Shown: positions 20,128 to 30,233, counted from the first letter of the stretch. The stretch is DNA of 64,000 nucleotides from Candidatus Latescibacterota bacterium (GCA_963667175.2 CAXXXF010000006.1:32001-96000); one strand, 5' to 3'. Notes: a model not told the origin generated them from the sequence alone. Translations and numbers: made by a program.

Positions 20128-20180
20128 CGTCAGATTCTCCCAATCCTGATTTGATTGCCCTCTTGTTTGGCCTCATGTCT

Positions 20181-20269
20181 CGCTACGATATGCCAGTTTG
20201 CGAACCGCCAAGGTGGCTGCTGACAGCCTGATCGGCAACGGTGCCGCAGCGCAAGACGGGCTGTTAGCA
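20181..20269 (-). repeat. attC-like site
   Basis: ccagtttgcgaaccgccaaggtggctg ... gcagcgcaagacgggctgttagca. Confidence 0.72.
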
Positions 20270-20292
20270 GACGTCGCCAGTAGCATTCATCG

Positions 20293-21219
20293 TCACATCA
20301 GATCCGGTTCAGGGAGTCCAAGTTCCTTGACCGTCCACTGAAGACCTGTAATGAGCTGCGCCTGCTGCAGTTTGCGAACCAACGGCGCGTGGGGCAGATC
20401 CGGCAACCCTGCACGCGAAGCGAAATACCCCGTAACGTACGACGCCAGGCGACCGGCGTCCGGAAGAATATCCTGTGGAGACGGTCCACCCTCGTGGCGA
20501 AGGCCGGGCAGCCAGAAAGCAATGTCGAGATCGGGATTGCCGGAGCAGGCGTTGTTCCAGTCGATTAGAACGGCCCGGTCGTCACGAAAGCAGATGTTGT
20601 CGCTTCTCACGTCAAGGTGGACAAGCGCATTGCCTTCAGGTTCAACTCTATCGTGCGCCTCAAGGAGGGTGGGCAGACACTTTGTCAACCACGATTCGCT
20701 TGCGACGCGTATCGACAGGAAGGCCTCCGGGTGCGACGCGACTTCGTGCCATCCGCGATGCGTGAAGATGTCCTGATATTCGGGCACACTCGCCTGGCTC
20801 CCGTGTATCGTTGCCAGACTGTCAAGAACCCTATCGACGCGAGAAGCCGTCCAGGGCGGTGGCCACGCGTTCCCGGTCAGGTCCTCCAATATCAATAGAG
20901 TAGGTTCCTCCTCATCATAGGCCAATACGTCCGCCATGAAATCGCCGGAAAGCTGGCGGTAGACCAGAATCTCGGAATACAGCCACGCGCTGGTGCGCCG
21001 GTCCGTAGCGCACTTTGCAAATGCCGTGTTGCCGTCGCGGAATCTTACGATTCTCCGGCAGGCGTTTGTGTAACCTCCCTGAACCGGTAACAGCCGCTCC
21101 ACTCCCCGTCCGGTCAGGTCCGCTATTCGTGATTCAAGTCCGTCGCAGCAGATGTCCGGTCCCATAAATAACTCGCCATTCTCCCACCGATTTATCATGT
21201 CCGGCTGAAACGTGGTCAT
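20293..21219 (-). CDS. Aminoglycoside phosphotransferase family protein
   Basis: HLDVRSDN and LIDWN motifs. Confidence 0.85.
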   Translation of the reverse strand: MTTFQPDMINRWENGELFMGPDICCDGLESRIADLTGRGVERLLPVQGGYTNACRRIVRFRDGNTAFAKCATDRRTSAWLYSEILVYRQLSGDFMADVLAYDEEEPTLLILEDLTGNAWPPPWTASRVDRVLDSLATIHGSQASVPEYQDIFTHRGWHEVASHPEAFLSIRVASESWLTKCLPTLLEAHDRVEPEGNALVHLDVRSDNICFRDDRAVLIDWNNACSGNPDLDIAFWLPGLRHEGGPSPQDILPDAGRLASYVTGYFASRAGLPDLPHAPLVRKLQQAQLITGLQWTVKELGLPEPDLM

Positions 21220-21282
21220 TGAATGTGCTGCCTGCGCTGAACTTGCCGAAGTGGCTTGTCGAAATGTTGAAATGCACGCGCT

Positions 21283-21909
21283 TCATTTCATCAGGAAGTT
21301 CCTGCCATACCGATACGCGATCTCGAGATTCCTTGCCGTGTTGCTCGATGTTGCAAAATGATCCGCCATCCCGGGAAGAAATGCAAACTCACAATGCTTC
21401 ACACCCGCGTCAGGGCGGAGGCGATCATGCGTGTATAACCGCCTCATGGCTTCAGCAATTCCGGACTCTACGAATCCCTCTAGAGAATTTCCAACAGGAC
21501 AGAGAACGAGCGCTCTTTCCATGGAGAGGCGTGGAAACGGATAGGTCTCCCTCGCGAATTGGTACTCGTAGGCGTATCCGCAGACCCAGACCCGGTCGAA
21601 CCATCCCTTCAACTTCGCCGGACAGTCGCTCCACCAGACCGGAAAGACAAAGGCCAGTCCGTCTGCCCTGCCGATCTTGCTGTGTTCGGCTTCCACGTCC
21701 GGCGGTATGGAGAGGGTGGGGCGATTGCCCTGGACGTTCATCTCGCGAATGTACTCATCCGGAGTCATTTCGCATTTGAAGTCCATTTCATACAAGTCCC
21801 CGATCTCGTAGGAATGTCCTCCGTCGTCGAGTCCTCGACAAAGTTCGTCCAGGACCTCCCCGGTGAAAGACCTCCTCGTCGGATGCGCAAAGACAATGTA
21901 TGCGTGCAT
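21283..21909 (-). CDS. NAD(P)H dehydrogenase (quinone), flavodoxin-like fold, copy A
   Basis: IVFAHP..SF and FVFPVWWSDCPAKLKGWFDRV. Confidence 0.9.
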   Translation of the reverse strand: MHAYIVFAHPTRRSFTGEVLDELCRGLDDGGHSYEIGDLYEMDFKCEMTPDEYIREMNVQGNRPTLSIPPDVEAEHSKIGRADGLAFVFPVWWSDCPAKLKGWFDRVWVCGYAYEYQFARETYPFPRLSMERALVLCPVGNSLEGFVESGIAEAMRRLYTHDRLRPDAGVKHCEFAFLPGMADHFATSSNTARNLEIAYRYGRNFLMK

Positions 21910-21983
21910 CAAGGGATCTCCGCCGGCAGCGGTGCAGGCCACGCCGCTGGACAACACGGCGCTGTCTTCGAAAGGAGTCTCAA

Positions 21984-22256
21984 TCAGGCATGCGCCGTCA
22001 CGACCGGCTGAAAGTAACCTGACTGTTCAGGTGTATGCCAGGCGATTTTCGAAAATCCGGCGGACTCCAGGGCCCGAGTGAGCTCCTTGCGCCGGATTGC
22101 CCGGTAGCGCGTCCTTAGCTCTCTTACTTGCCACCCATTCGGCGCCCGGGTCATTTTGAATAGCCGAATCAGGCAGGTATCTGATTTCTTCGACCAGTCC
22201 CAGACCTGAAACGTAATGACCTCGCGCTCCGATGCACCCTGAACGTTCGCGCCCAT
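21984..22256 (-). pseudogene. 3' fragment of the SAM-dependent methyltransferase at 28373..29149
   Basis: Near-identical to the last ~90 codons; SAM-binding motif absent. Confidence 0.88.
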
Positions 22257-22308
22257 AAACGATCACGTTATTGACATAGTGACCACCGGTGCACCTACTT
22301 GTCCGCGA

Positions 22309-23094
22309 TTATTTGCCTCGCAGGTAATCTACGTAATGGCTTATGTATTGGTCGCCGGCCTCATCAACGCACCTATCGCAGAAATTCTCTTCCGCAATAG
22401 GTGCATATGAGGCCACGGTCTCACGGCCACAGCCAGCACACACTTCGCACCGGTAGAGATCAGCCCTACACAGGTGGCAGTGCACGTAGTCTCCGTTGCG
22501 GAGAGTCATCACTTTCTCGGCAGCGCATCGGGGACAGGGATCCACGATGGCTCCTCCTTCCTCGATTGCTGCTTTTCTTGCAGACTCCACGACATTTCGC
22601 CAATCACTGAGCATTTCGTTCGCTTGCGACCAAAGATCCCCTGGTAGAAAGCTTTCCAGCGGCGTGTCCATTTGTTGGCGCAAGTAGGTTGCAATGAAGT
22701 CGATCAGCATTGGCAACTGAAATTCCGCATCTTCACGATTGAAGGTCGGCATGTGATGCACGATCTCATGTCGACCTTCCGTAACTCTGTCGATTAAGTG
22801 AGCTTGATCGGGATCGAGGGGTAAACCGAAGTTTGCGAGCCGACGAGGAACGGCGGCTAACGAAACCGTCTTTTCCGCACCGGGGTTCTTTGCATCAATG
22901 TTGCGGTACACCAAGGTCGGATGGATTCGACGGAGCCGTTCTTTGAGCACCAACTCTGTCGTAACGACGGCGTGGACGATAGCAAAGTTCAGCTTCCGCG
23001 ACCGGAAATTGCGCATAGCCTCGACAAGGAATTGCTTCGCTGACGGCAGCAAAGACTCGTTCTTGTCATTCCAGTTTGTCAACTTACGTCCCAT
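22309..23094 (-). CDS. HEPN-like helical protein with C-terminal zinc-ribbon region
   Basis: ELVLKERL...RHEIVH (RxxxxH) followed by four CxxC pairs (CPRC, CHLC, CAGC, CDRC). Confidence 0.6.
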   Translation of the reverse strand: MGRKLTNWNDKNESLLPSAKQFLVEAMRNFRSRKLNFAIVHAVVTTELVLKERLRRIHPTLVYRNIDAKNPGAEKTVSLAAVPRRLANFGLPLDPDQAHLIDRVTEGRHEIVHHMPTFNREDAEFQLPMLIDFIATYLRQQMDTPLESFLPGDLWSQANEMLSDWRNVVESARKAAIEEGGAIVDPCPRCAAEKVMTLRNGDYVHCHLCRADLYRCEVCAGCGRETVASYAPIAEENFCDRCVDEAGDQYISHYVDYLRGK

Positions 23095-23414
23095 TTTAGA
23101 CCAATTGCAAGCTTTCGAGTTCTCGCAGGACTATGTCTCGCCCCGCCTCCGCTGTCTTGGCAGAAAACTTGATAACGCGCCCGCCAATTGAGTCTGCGAT
23201 ACACGACAGAGGATCAGTATACCGCGGTCGCTCCAAACCCCCGTTGCATCGCGTTTGTCGATCCGGGTTGGGATATTGGAAAGGCTGGCAGTCATGCCAA
23301 AGACGCGCCATTCGTTGTCAAGAAGGACCGAGGGGCACATGCACCGAAGTGCAAAACCGATGTTCTACGCCGTCCCCATTCACGCTGGCAGTTGTCTGGT
23401 CGTAGGGTAGTTGC

Positions 23415-24056
23415 TCACAGTGCGGGAGCAGTAGAGTCCTTCAGAGGCACCACCCAAACGACGAAATTCTCATAGAATAGCATTCGAAAGACGGGTTCTT
23501 CCATCTCTTCTGAGGGCGGCAAGACATTATACAGAAACACCATCTGGTTCTCACCGTGGGAAGGAAGTGGCGGGCAATTCTCTTTAGCCCATCGCATCAA
23601 CAGCCCGTATTCGTCCTCGCTCATATCTGCCGCGACCAGATTCGGAGTCATAATAATCAAGTCTCGATTCCATGGTTTACCGAACTCATGGAAGTGTAGT
23701 CCATAGGCGATCTTTTTCATTGTACGGTTGAAACGCTCGCGGTTGATCTCAAACGCCCTTGTAGTTCCTTCTGGGATTTCGACTCTCTGTGTCGTGCCAA
23801 GCGTTGTTTTTGCAAGACCCAGGCTGTCTTTCAGCGAATCCACGGTCCTATCAATGAACTGCTTAAACCCTGTTGCATTGTTCCCAATGCACATGGCGAT
23901 GATGTTCCGCACGTATTCATCGTCCTTGGATGTATCCTCATTGTGAACGGAGCACGATCGAACCGTAATCAACTGCCTTCGGTACGAACCTTCGTCAGGA
24001 AAGAAGCATTTTGCTGGTACGTGCTCTCTCGATGTAGCACTGGCTCGCCATGTCAT
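23415..24056 (-). CDS. HNH-like protein lacking the first CxxC
   Basis: ATSREHVPAKCFF...LITVRSCSVHNEDTSKDDEY resembles the HNH EH..P...CxxH/CN core. Confidence 0.55.
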   Translation of the reverse strand: MTWRASATSREHVPAKCFFPDEGSYRRQLITVRSCSVHNEDTSKDDEYVRNIIAMCIGNNATGFKQFIDRTVDSLKDSLGLAKTTLGTTQRVEIPEGTTRAFEINRERFNRTMKKIAYGLHFHEFGKPWNRDLIIMTPNLVAADMSEDEYGLLMRWAKENCPPLPSHGENQMVFLYNVLPPSEEMEEPVFRMLFYENFVVWVVPLKDSTAPAL

Positions 24057-24322
24057 TTCACTCTCGTATGTATTCGCTGGTCGGACAAAAGTCGCGTAGG
24101 CAGGATTTATGCGAAGGTTGACGTGGGAATGCCTGAAGCCGCGCGGACGACGTTATACGCCGACAGCCCCCTTCGCGCAAAACGAATGAGGGCTGCCACG
24201 TCACTGGCGTACGATCGCCTCTTCTTTCTTCAACGCTACCGATGTTTTCTATATTAATTTTTCCAAAAGGCGATGACTGAGCGGCAGTTGCGTCGCGAAA
24301 CGCCAATATCTGCAGAAGCCCA

Positions 24323-25027
24323 TTACCCCTCGTATTGAGCAGGTGGCTCAAGTAGCCTGAGTTGGGAGACCTCGCGACCCATTCGTCTGGCAGCGCCGTG
24401 GAATGAATTCTGTTCGACGTCCTCATTGCCCCATTGATCCCAACCCCCCCTTACAAAGCGAGCGAAGAGCTCCAAATAGGGCCCAGGTGAACACGCTTCA
24501 ATGATGTCATAAATCTCGTCCGGCTTGCGTGAGTGCTCACGCTTTCTGGTAGGGACCAGATTCACCTGGGTCCTACCCGCGGGAAGCGTCCGCATCGAGC
24601 CGCGAACACCGAAAAGAACCAACTCAGTGACATTCCTGAAATAAAAGCCGACGCCCCGCCCATCGGGGCCTCCATCCTTGCGGATTTTGTACCAGACAAT
24701 ATTCGTCTTGTACGTAAATCCCCATGTCTTCATCACTTCCAAGCCCCAGGCCAATAACGCGTTAGGAACCCATAGATATAGGTGAGAATCCTTACCCGTT
24801 AACTGCGGCACAGGCAGCTCGCAGATTTCATCCAATGTCATTGTCGGATAGCGCATTAACCGCTGATGTTCCGGAGCCACCTTGCCGGTACGATTCTGAA
24901 ATCTCCACGGAGGGTCCGCCAATATCGTTGTGTACGGTCCGCTTGCTTTTGACGCCAGGTCCTGCGAAGCCGTCGGTCGCGGGATATTAACAATCTTCGT
25001 CAAAGAGCGGCTCCTTTGTACGTCCAC
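24323..25027 (-). CDS. MT-A70 family adenine methyltransferase
   Basis: ILADPPW, HLYLWVPN, WGFTYKT, HSRKPDE and YLELFAR; start codon uncertain. Confidence 0.9.
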   Translation of the reverse strand: MDVQRSRSLTKIVNIPRPTASQDLASKASGPYTTILADPPWRFQNRTGKVAPEHQRLMRYPTMTLDEICELPVPQLTGKDSHLYLWVPNALLAWGLEVMKTWGFTYKTNIVWYKIRKDGGPDGRGVGFYFRNVTELVLFGVRGSMRTLPAGRTQVNLVPTRKREHSRKPDEIYDIIEACSPGPYLELFARFVRGGWDQWGNEDVEQNSFHGAARRMGREVSQLRLLEPPAQYEG

Positions 25028-25240
25028 TCATCACGAAATTCGCTCTCAAGAATCGCGGATGCATGGCGCCATTCATGAATCTCGTAATTGCTGCGAATCG
25101 CGTCTGGAAAGTGTTCTATAGGCATGGTAGAAAGATAAGCCTCAGTGCGCGTCGTCGCAAGATTTCGTTAAGAACGATCGGACGACGAAGACACGGGTTT
25201 TCGTTCCGCATCTACAAGATATACCAACCTGAAATATTCA

Positions 25241-27216
25241 GTGCGCCGTGAAAAGGCGCGGAACTTCAGTGGGTGAGAGTCCCACCCGACAAGTGTTGCC
25301 ACAGTCGGTAGCAATCGGAGCGGGGACGTAGGAAACGACATCTCCGAAGCCTCCGGTGTAGAGGGTCGCAAGGCGACTTGGCGAGTATGCGGGCCGAAAC
25401 GTGAGTGAACGCTGCGCAGGCCTCGAAAAGGGTAATGCGGGAGCCGACCCGCCTGAATTTCGGGGAAGGCCGCCGTCGTTGGGGAAGCAGGCAACGCGAG
25501 CACCCAACGGTCCCGCCGGGGTAGTGGCGGAGGCACGTATACAAGGAGTTCCGACGCAACACGGGAAGCCCCAGGCGGTGGTGGAGACACCAACCGGCAG
25601 CCCGTGAGGGTCAGGCCGGGCCGCGTGGGGTGGCGGAGAGGCCCGTAGTACCTGAGAAGCCGGGTAATGCCGGCGGAGGAAAGGGGCCTTGGTTCAAGGG
25701 CAACGTCAAAGGAGCGAGAGCCTGGAGATTGGTATGAGCCTAAGACCTCCGGAAAAGGTTCGGAAGTTGCAGAGGACGTTGCATGCCAAAGCGAAGGAAT
25801 CGCCCGGCTACCGATTCTACGCGCTGTATGACAAGGTGTATCGCGAGGACATCCTGCTTTATGCGTACCGCTGCTGCAAGGCCAACGGCGGCGCGGCGGG
25901 CGTGGACGGCGAGACGTTTGCGGATATCGAGTCATATGGGCAAAAGCGGTGGTTAGGCGAACTGTCGGAAGCCGTAAGGAGCAAATCGTATCGGGTGTCT
26001 CCGATCCGTCGGGTGTATATCCCCAAGCCGAACGGGAAGCAAAGGCCGCTGGGCATCCCGACGGTGAAAGATCGGGTGGTGCAAACCGCGGCGATGCTGG
26101 TATTGGAGCCGATCTTTGAGGCGGACCTGCCAGCGGCGCAGTATGCGTACCGTCCGAAACGGAGTGCGCACGACGCCATCAGGGCGGTTCACAGTCTGGT
26201 GAGCCGTGGCCATACGCAGGTGATCGACGCGGACTTGAGCGGTTACTTTGACACGATCCCGCATGCCGAGCTGATGAAATGTGTGGCGCGTCGCATCAGT
26301 GACGGGCGTATGCTGCGCCTGGTCAAGCTGTGGCTGACCGCGCCGATTGAGGAGACCGACAAGCGGGGCCGCAAACGTCGAACGACGCCGAACAAGGATC
26401 AGGGAAGGGGGACACCGCAAGGCGCCCCGATCTCGCCCCTGCTGGCGAACCTGTATATGCGGCGGTTCATTCTGGGATGGCAGGTTCGGGGACATCAGCA
26501 ACGCCTGAAGGCTCATATTGTCAACTACGCGGACGATTTTGTGATCTGCTGTCGCGGCACCGCAAAAGAAGCGATGCGCGCGATGCGATCCATTATGAAG
26601 GCGCTCAAGTTGACGGTGAACGAGCAGAAGACGGGCATATGCACGCTTCCTGAAGGACGATTTGACTTTCTGGGCTACACCATCGAACGCTGTTACTCAC
26701 CAAAGACGGGAAAGGCCTATATCGGCACGCGCCCGTCAAAGAAGGCCATCCGGCACATCTGCCGGGCCATCAGCGAGGCAACGGCGCGGCGGTGGCTGCT
26801 GAAAGACCATCAAGAACGGATTGCCCACCTGAACCGAAAGCTAACAGGGTGGGGCAACTACTTCCGTCTTGGTCCGGTCAGCAAAGCCTACCGGAGTGTG
26901 GACAGCCACACCCGGCAACGGCTCCGCTGGTGGTTGTGCAACAAGTACCGAATACCGGGAAAGGGGACGTCCCGTCTCCCTGACGAGGTCCTCTACAATA
27001 CGTTGGGCCTGACCCGGCTGGAGGTGCAGACGCACAACCTTCCGTGGGCGAACGCATGACTCCTTGTCCGAGAGCCGGATGCGGTAAATCCGCACGTCCG
27101 GTTCGATGAGCGGGACGTGGAAACGGAGCGCGGAGCGGCTATGGAGGCACCGCCAGACGAAAGGGGCGGAAACAGATAGGCCTCTCCTACACCACCGCGC
27201 CACCTCTCGACTCTAC
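25241..27216 (+). mobile_element. Complete group II intron
   Basis: 5' GTGCG; domain V gagccggatgcggtaaatccgcacgtccggttc (27072-27104); domain VI ending ctcgactctAC; RT ORF inside. Confidence 0.93.
25734..27059 (+). CDS. ltrA: Group II intron reverse transcriptase/maturase (no endonuclease domain)
   Basis: GAAGVDG, RPLGIPTVKDRVVQ, GTPQGAPISPLLAN, YADD, FDFLGY and GWGNYF; ends after domain X. Confidence 0.95.
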   Translation: MSLRPPEKVRKLQRTLHAKAKESPGYRFYALYDKVYREDILLYAYRCCKANGGAAGVDGETFADIESYGQKRWLGELSEAVRSKSYRVSPIRRVYIPKPNGKQRPLGIPTVKDRVVQTAAMLVLEPIFEADLPAAQYAYRPKRSAHDAIRAVHSLVSRGHTQVIDADLSGYFDTIPHAELMKCVARRISDGRMLRLVKLWLTAPIEETDKRGRKRRTTPNKDQGRGTPQGAPISPLLANLYMRRFILGWQVRGHQQRLKAHIVNYADDFVICCRGTAKEAMRAMRSIMKALKLTVNEQKTGICTLPEGRFDFLGYTIERCYSPKTGKAYIGTRPSKKAIRHICRAISEATARRWLLKDHQERIAHLNRKLTGWGNYFRLGPVSKAYRSVDSHTRQRLRWWLCNKYRIPGKGTSRLPDEVLYNTLGLTRLEVQTHNLPWANA

Positions 27217-27392
27217 CGAAAACCGGTGGACTTGTCGTATAATCGATTGATTTTCAATAACATCAGTGGAGAATTTAACGAATTCCATTAAGAGTCCGGA
27301 ATCGGGCTGGCCGGCAAACGTTGGGGTTTCAAGTTGGACGGACTTATCGCTGTTGCTTGCCAGAGTGAGCATTTGCCCTGGCTCCTGGTTTC

Positions 27393-27527
27393 TAATCCTG
27401 CTTAATCCTGCAAATCCTGATCGGTTTTTCTGGTTTTTTTTCGCGTTTTTTCGTGTATTTCGTAGTTTCTGATGTTCGTTTTCTCGTGCTTTTTGGCTTT
27501 CATCCTGTCCATCCTGTCCATCCATGT
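27393..27527. repeat. Cluster of three different 9-10 nt-period triplet repeats
   Basis: (aatcctg..)x3 at 27393-27420, (tttcg....)x3 at 27439-27467, (catcctgtc)x3 at 27501-27527. Confidence 0.75.
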
Positions 27528-27671
27528 TTGTTCCGTTTCATGGATTAATGGGGACCAAGAGAATCTGGCTTTACAAATCTCATTACAGACGGCGTGGAAT
27601 CAGCAGCCGGCAACCCGACAATGTTTCCAGCGTCATCCTCAGATCGAATGAGGCGCCCGTTTCACTCTGCG

Positions 27672-28298
27672 TCACTTCATCAGGAAGTTCCTGCCATACT
27701 GATACGCGATCTCAAGATTCCTTGCCATGTTGCTCGATGTTGCAAAGTGATCCGCCATACCAGGGAGGAGTGCGAACTCACAATGCTTCACACCCGCATC
27801 AGGGCGGAGGCGATCATGGGTGTATAACCGTCTCATGGCTTCAGCAATTCCAGCCTCTTCCAGACCCTCTAAAGTATTGCCCACCGGACAGAGAACGAGA
27901 GCTCTTTCGACTGAGAGTCGCGGAAACGGATAGGTCTCCATGGCAAACTGGTACTCGTACGCGTATCCGCAGACCCAAACCCGGTCGAACCATCCCTTCA
28001 GCTTTGCCGGACAGTCGCTCCACCAGACGGGAAAGACAAAGGCCAGGCCATCTGCCCTGCCGATCTTGCTGTGTTCCGCCTGCACGTCCGATGGTACGGG
28101 GAGAGTGGAGCGATTGCCCTGAACGTTCATCTCGCGAACGTACTCATCCGGACTCATCTCGCATTTAAAGTCCATTTCATACAAATCGCCGATCTCGTAT
28201 GAATGCCCACCGTCGTCGAGTCCTCGACACAACTCGCCCAGGACCTCCCCGGTGAAAGACCTCCTCGTCGGATGCGCAAAGACAATGTATGCGTGCAT
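27672..28298 (-). CDS. NAD(P)H dehydrogenase (quinone), flavodoxin-like fold, copy B
   Basis: Same motifs as copy A with a few amino-acid changes. Confidence 0.9.
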   Translation of the reverse strand: MHAYIVFAHPTRRSFTGEVLGELCRGLDDGGHSYEIGDLYEMDFKCEMSPDEYVREMNVQGNRSTLPVPSDVQAEHSKIGRADGLAFVFPVWWSDCPAKLKGWFDRVWVCGYAYEYQFAMETYPFPRLSVERALVLCPVGNTLEGLEEAGIAEAMRRLYTHDRLRPDAGVKHCEFALLPGMADHFATSSNMARNLEIAYQYGRNFLMK

Positions 28299-28372
28299 CA
28301 AGGGATCTCCGCCGGCAGCGGTGCAGGCCACGCCGCTGGACAACACGGCGCTGTCTTCGAAAGGAGTCTCAA

Positions 28373-29149
28373 TCAGGCATGCGCCGTCACGACCGGCTGA
28401 AAGTAACCTGACTGTTCAGGTGTATGCCAGGCGATTTTCGAAAATCCGGCGCACTCCAGGGCCCGAGTGAACTCCTTGCGCGGGATTGCCCGGTAGCGGG
28501 TCCTTAGCTCTCTTACTTGCCACCCATTCGGTGCCCGGGTCATAATGAATAACCGAATCAGGCAGGTATCTGATTTCTTCGACCAGTCCCAGACCTGAAA
28601 CGTAATGACCTCGCGCTCCGATGCACCCTGAATGTTCGCGCCCTCAAACGACGGTTTTTCCGCGAGCAGCCGATCGTAATCTCGAATACTGGCAACCAAC
28701 AGTCCATCAGTCGTCATCGTGCGCCTGATGCTTCGGAGAGCGAGAGTCAGGTCTTCGTCAGTCAGGAGATGAGGCAGTGAGTTATCGCAACTGATCACAA
28801 CGTCGAATTTGTGGGCGAAGGCACATTCCACCTCACGAACATCGGCAACGGCGAATTCAATCTTCAGCCCCCGGTCAGCTGCTTCCGATTTCGCCCTTGC
28901 AATCGCCTTCGGGCTTAGATCTGACGCGAAGACTTCGTATCCCTGCCGCGCCAGGCCAATTGCCTGAGTGCCGATTCCACAAGAACAGTCCAGGACAAGG
29001 GATGCATTTACTGACGATTCACGTTGAATCAACCTATCCAATACACACGACTGCCGCTCGATTGCCGATTCCCACTCTGCGTAAACGTGATGGTAATCAG
29101 CAGCCAGGTCATCGTAAAAACGTCTGACGTCTTCGCTCAACGTTGGCAA
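28373..29149 (-). CDS. Class I SAM-dependent methyltransferase
   Basis: VLDCSCGIGT and FDVVISCDNSLPH. Confidence 0.9.
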   Translation of the reverse strand: MPTLSEDVRRFYDDLAADYHHVYAEWESAIERQSCVLDRLIQRESSVNASLVLDCSCGIGTQAIGLARQGYEVFASDLSPKAIARAKSEAADRGLKIEFAVADVREVECAFAHKFDVVISCDNSLPHLLTDEDLTLALRSIRRTMTTDGLLVASIRDYDRLLAEKPSFEGANIQGASEREVITFQVWDWSKKSDTCLIRLFIMTRAPNGWQVRELRTRYRAIPRKEFTRALECAGFSKIAWHTPEQSGYFQPVVTAHA

Positions 29150-29466
29150 CTCCCTCGTGTGACAAGACCATGAAGCGAGAGGAACTCCTTGCGAAGGGAT
29201 GCCTCGGATTCCCGTAGTCGGAACCTGTCCGCATCGGTGACGGCGTCAAGGACAAATGGATGCAAGTCAAGATCAGAAACTTCGGGTACAGCTTCATTCC
29301 GATGAACACTTCCCCACACGTAGACTGAGGCAAGCCGTTCATCGAATACTTCGCAATACACCGAGACGTGGTCCACCACGGCATCTCTGAAGAAGCCATC
29401 CGCGATGGCGTCGAGATTGACAAACCTGTCGAGGTCTTTTACAGCCACGACACCTCCTTCGCGCAC
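29137..29466 (-). pseudogene. Truncated nucleotidyltransferase
   Basis: VYVWGSVHRNEAVPEVSDLDL motif; ORF ends shortly after, running into the next gene. Confidence 0.6.
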
Positions 29467-29508
29467 GGGTCGCTGTCGCGTTTCGGGCGTGACTGACTAT
29501 GCAGGCCG

Positions 29509-30117
29509 CTATTCCGACAGTAACCCTTGCCAGCGATGCCCTTCAGGATACAAGACTTCCAACCCGGCCGCCAACCATCTCTTTGCCTCGGCGGACATCA
29601 GCGGCAGGCACGTTTCAAAGTCCAGATCATCTTTCGAACGAGGATTCCTGGCTTTGTACAGCAGTTGAACCTCAATCCGTATGCAGGGAACATTTCTGTA
29701 TGCGACGATCAAGTCTCTTCGTAGCCCGCCAATCAGTCTGCTGCGTTTGCTGAACCACCTGTCGCCTTCGCTCTCAGTCAACATGATCTGAAGCTGCCAT
29801 GCCTGTATGCCGGTATGACCCCATATGTCATGTATCCCGTAAGGCAGGTACTCTGACTCCGCCCATGGTCGCAATGAGCCGGGTGGATCAGCCGCGTACA
29901 GATGCCAATCCGAGAGCCAGCGCTGTACCTCGAGTTGTTGATCCCGGTACACGATGACGTCAATATCACCGTGGTCCCGTACACGGGTTCCCACGAACTG
30001 CTCTACCGCATGGCCGCCGGCGAGTCCCCACATGAAAGGATCGTTGGCGAACAATTTCGTCAACTCCTTGACGGACAAGGGTTTCCATTGGCTGAAGGGA
30101 ATCTCAGGAGTGGTCAT
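29509..30117 (-). CDS. Nucleotidyltransferase, ANT(2'')-like family
   Basis: WGLAGGHAVE...RDHGDIDV and VQLLYKA...KDDLDF. Confidence 0.82.
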   Translation of the reverse strand: MTTPEIPFSQWKPLSVKELTKLFANDPFMWGLAGGHAVEQFVGTRVRDHGDIDVIVYRDQQLEVQRWLSDWHLYAADPPGSLRPWAESEYLPYGIHDIWGHTGIQAWQLQIMLTESEGDRWFSKRSRLIGGLRRDLIVAYRNVPCIRIEVQLLYKARNPRSKDDLDFETCLPLMSAEAKRWLAAGLEVLYPEGHRWQGLLSE

Positions 30118-30147
30118 ACAGGTCGCATTCTGCGCTTAAACGATATC

Positions 30148-30233
30148 CGCTAACGGTCCGGCACCCACGAACCTGCGTAGGGAGGTTGGGCGCAGGTGCG
30201 TGTGCACAGGAGCTGTGGGTACTCGTGTTACGC
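30148..30233 (-). repeat. attC-like site
   Basis: cgctaacg ... acccac/gtgggt arms ... gttacgc; the upstream gene's TAA lies inside the core. Confidence 0.78.

Larger units (their letters stand above)
21283..22262. repeat. ~980 bp direct repeat, copy A (copy B 27672..28651)
   Basis: Colinear at offset 6389; diverged on the left, identical over ~210 bp from 21850. Confidence 0.92.

Noticed and set aside
25689-27059. RT as a retron, DGR or CRISPR-associated RT
   Set aside because: It sits within canonical group II intron boundaries with domains V and VI. The duplicated segments nearby differ at all base types, not only adenines, so they are not a TR/VR pair.
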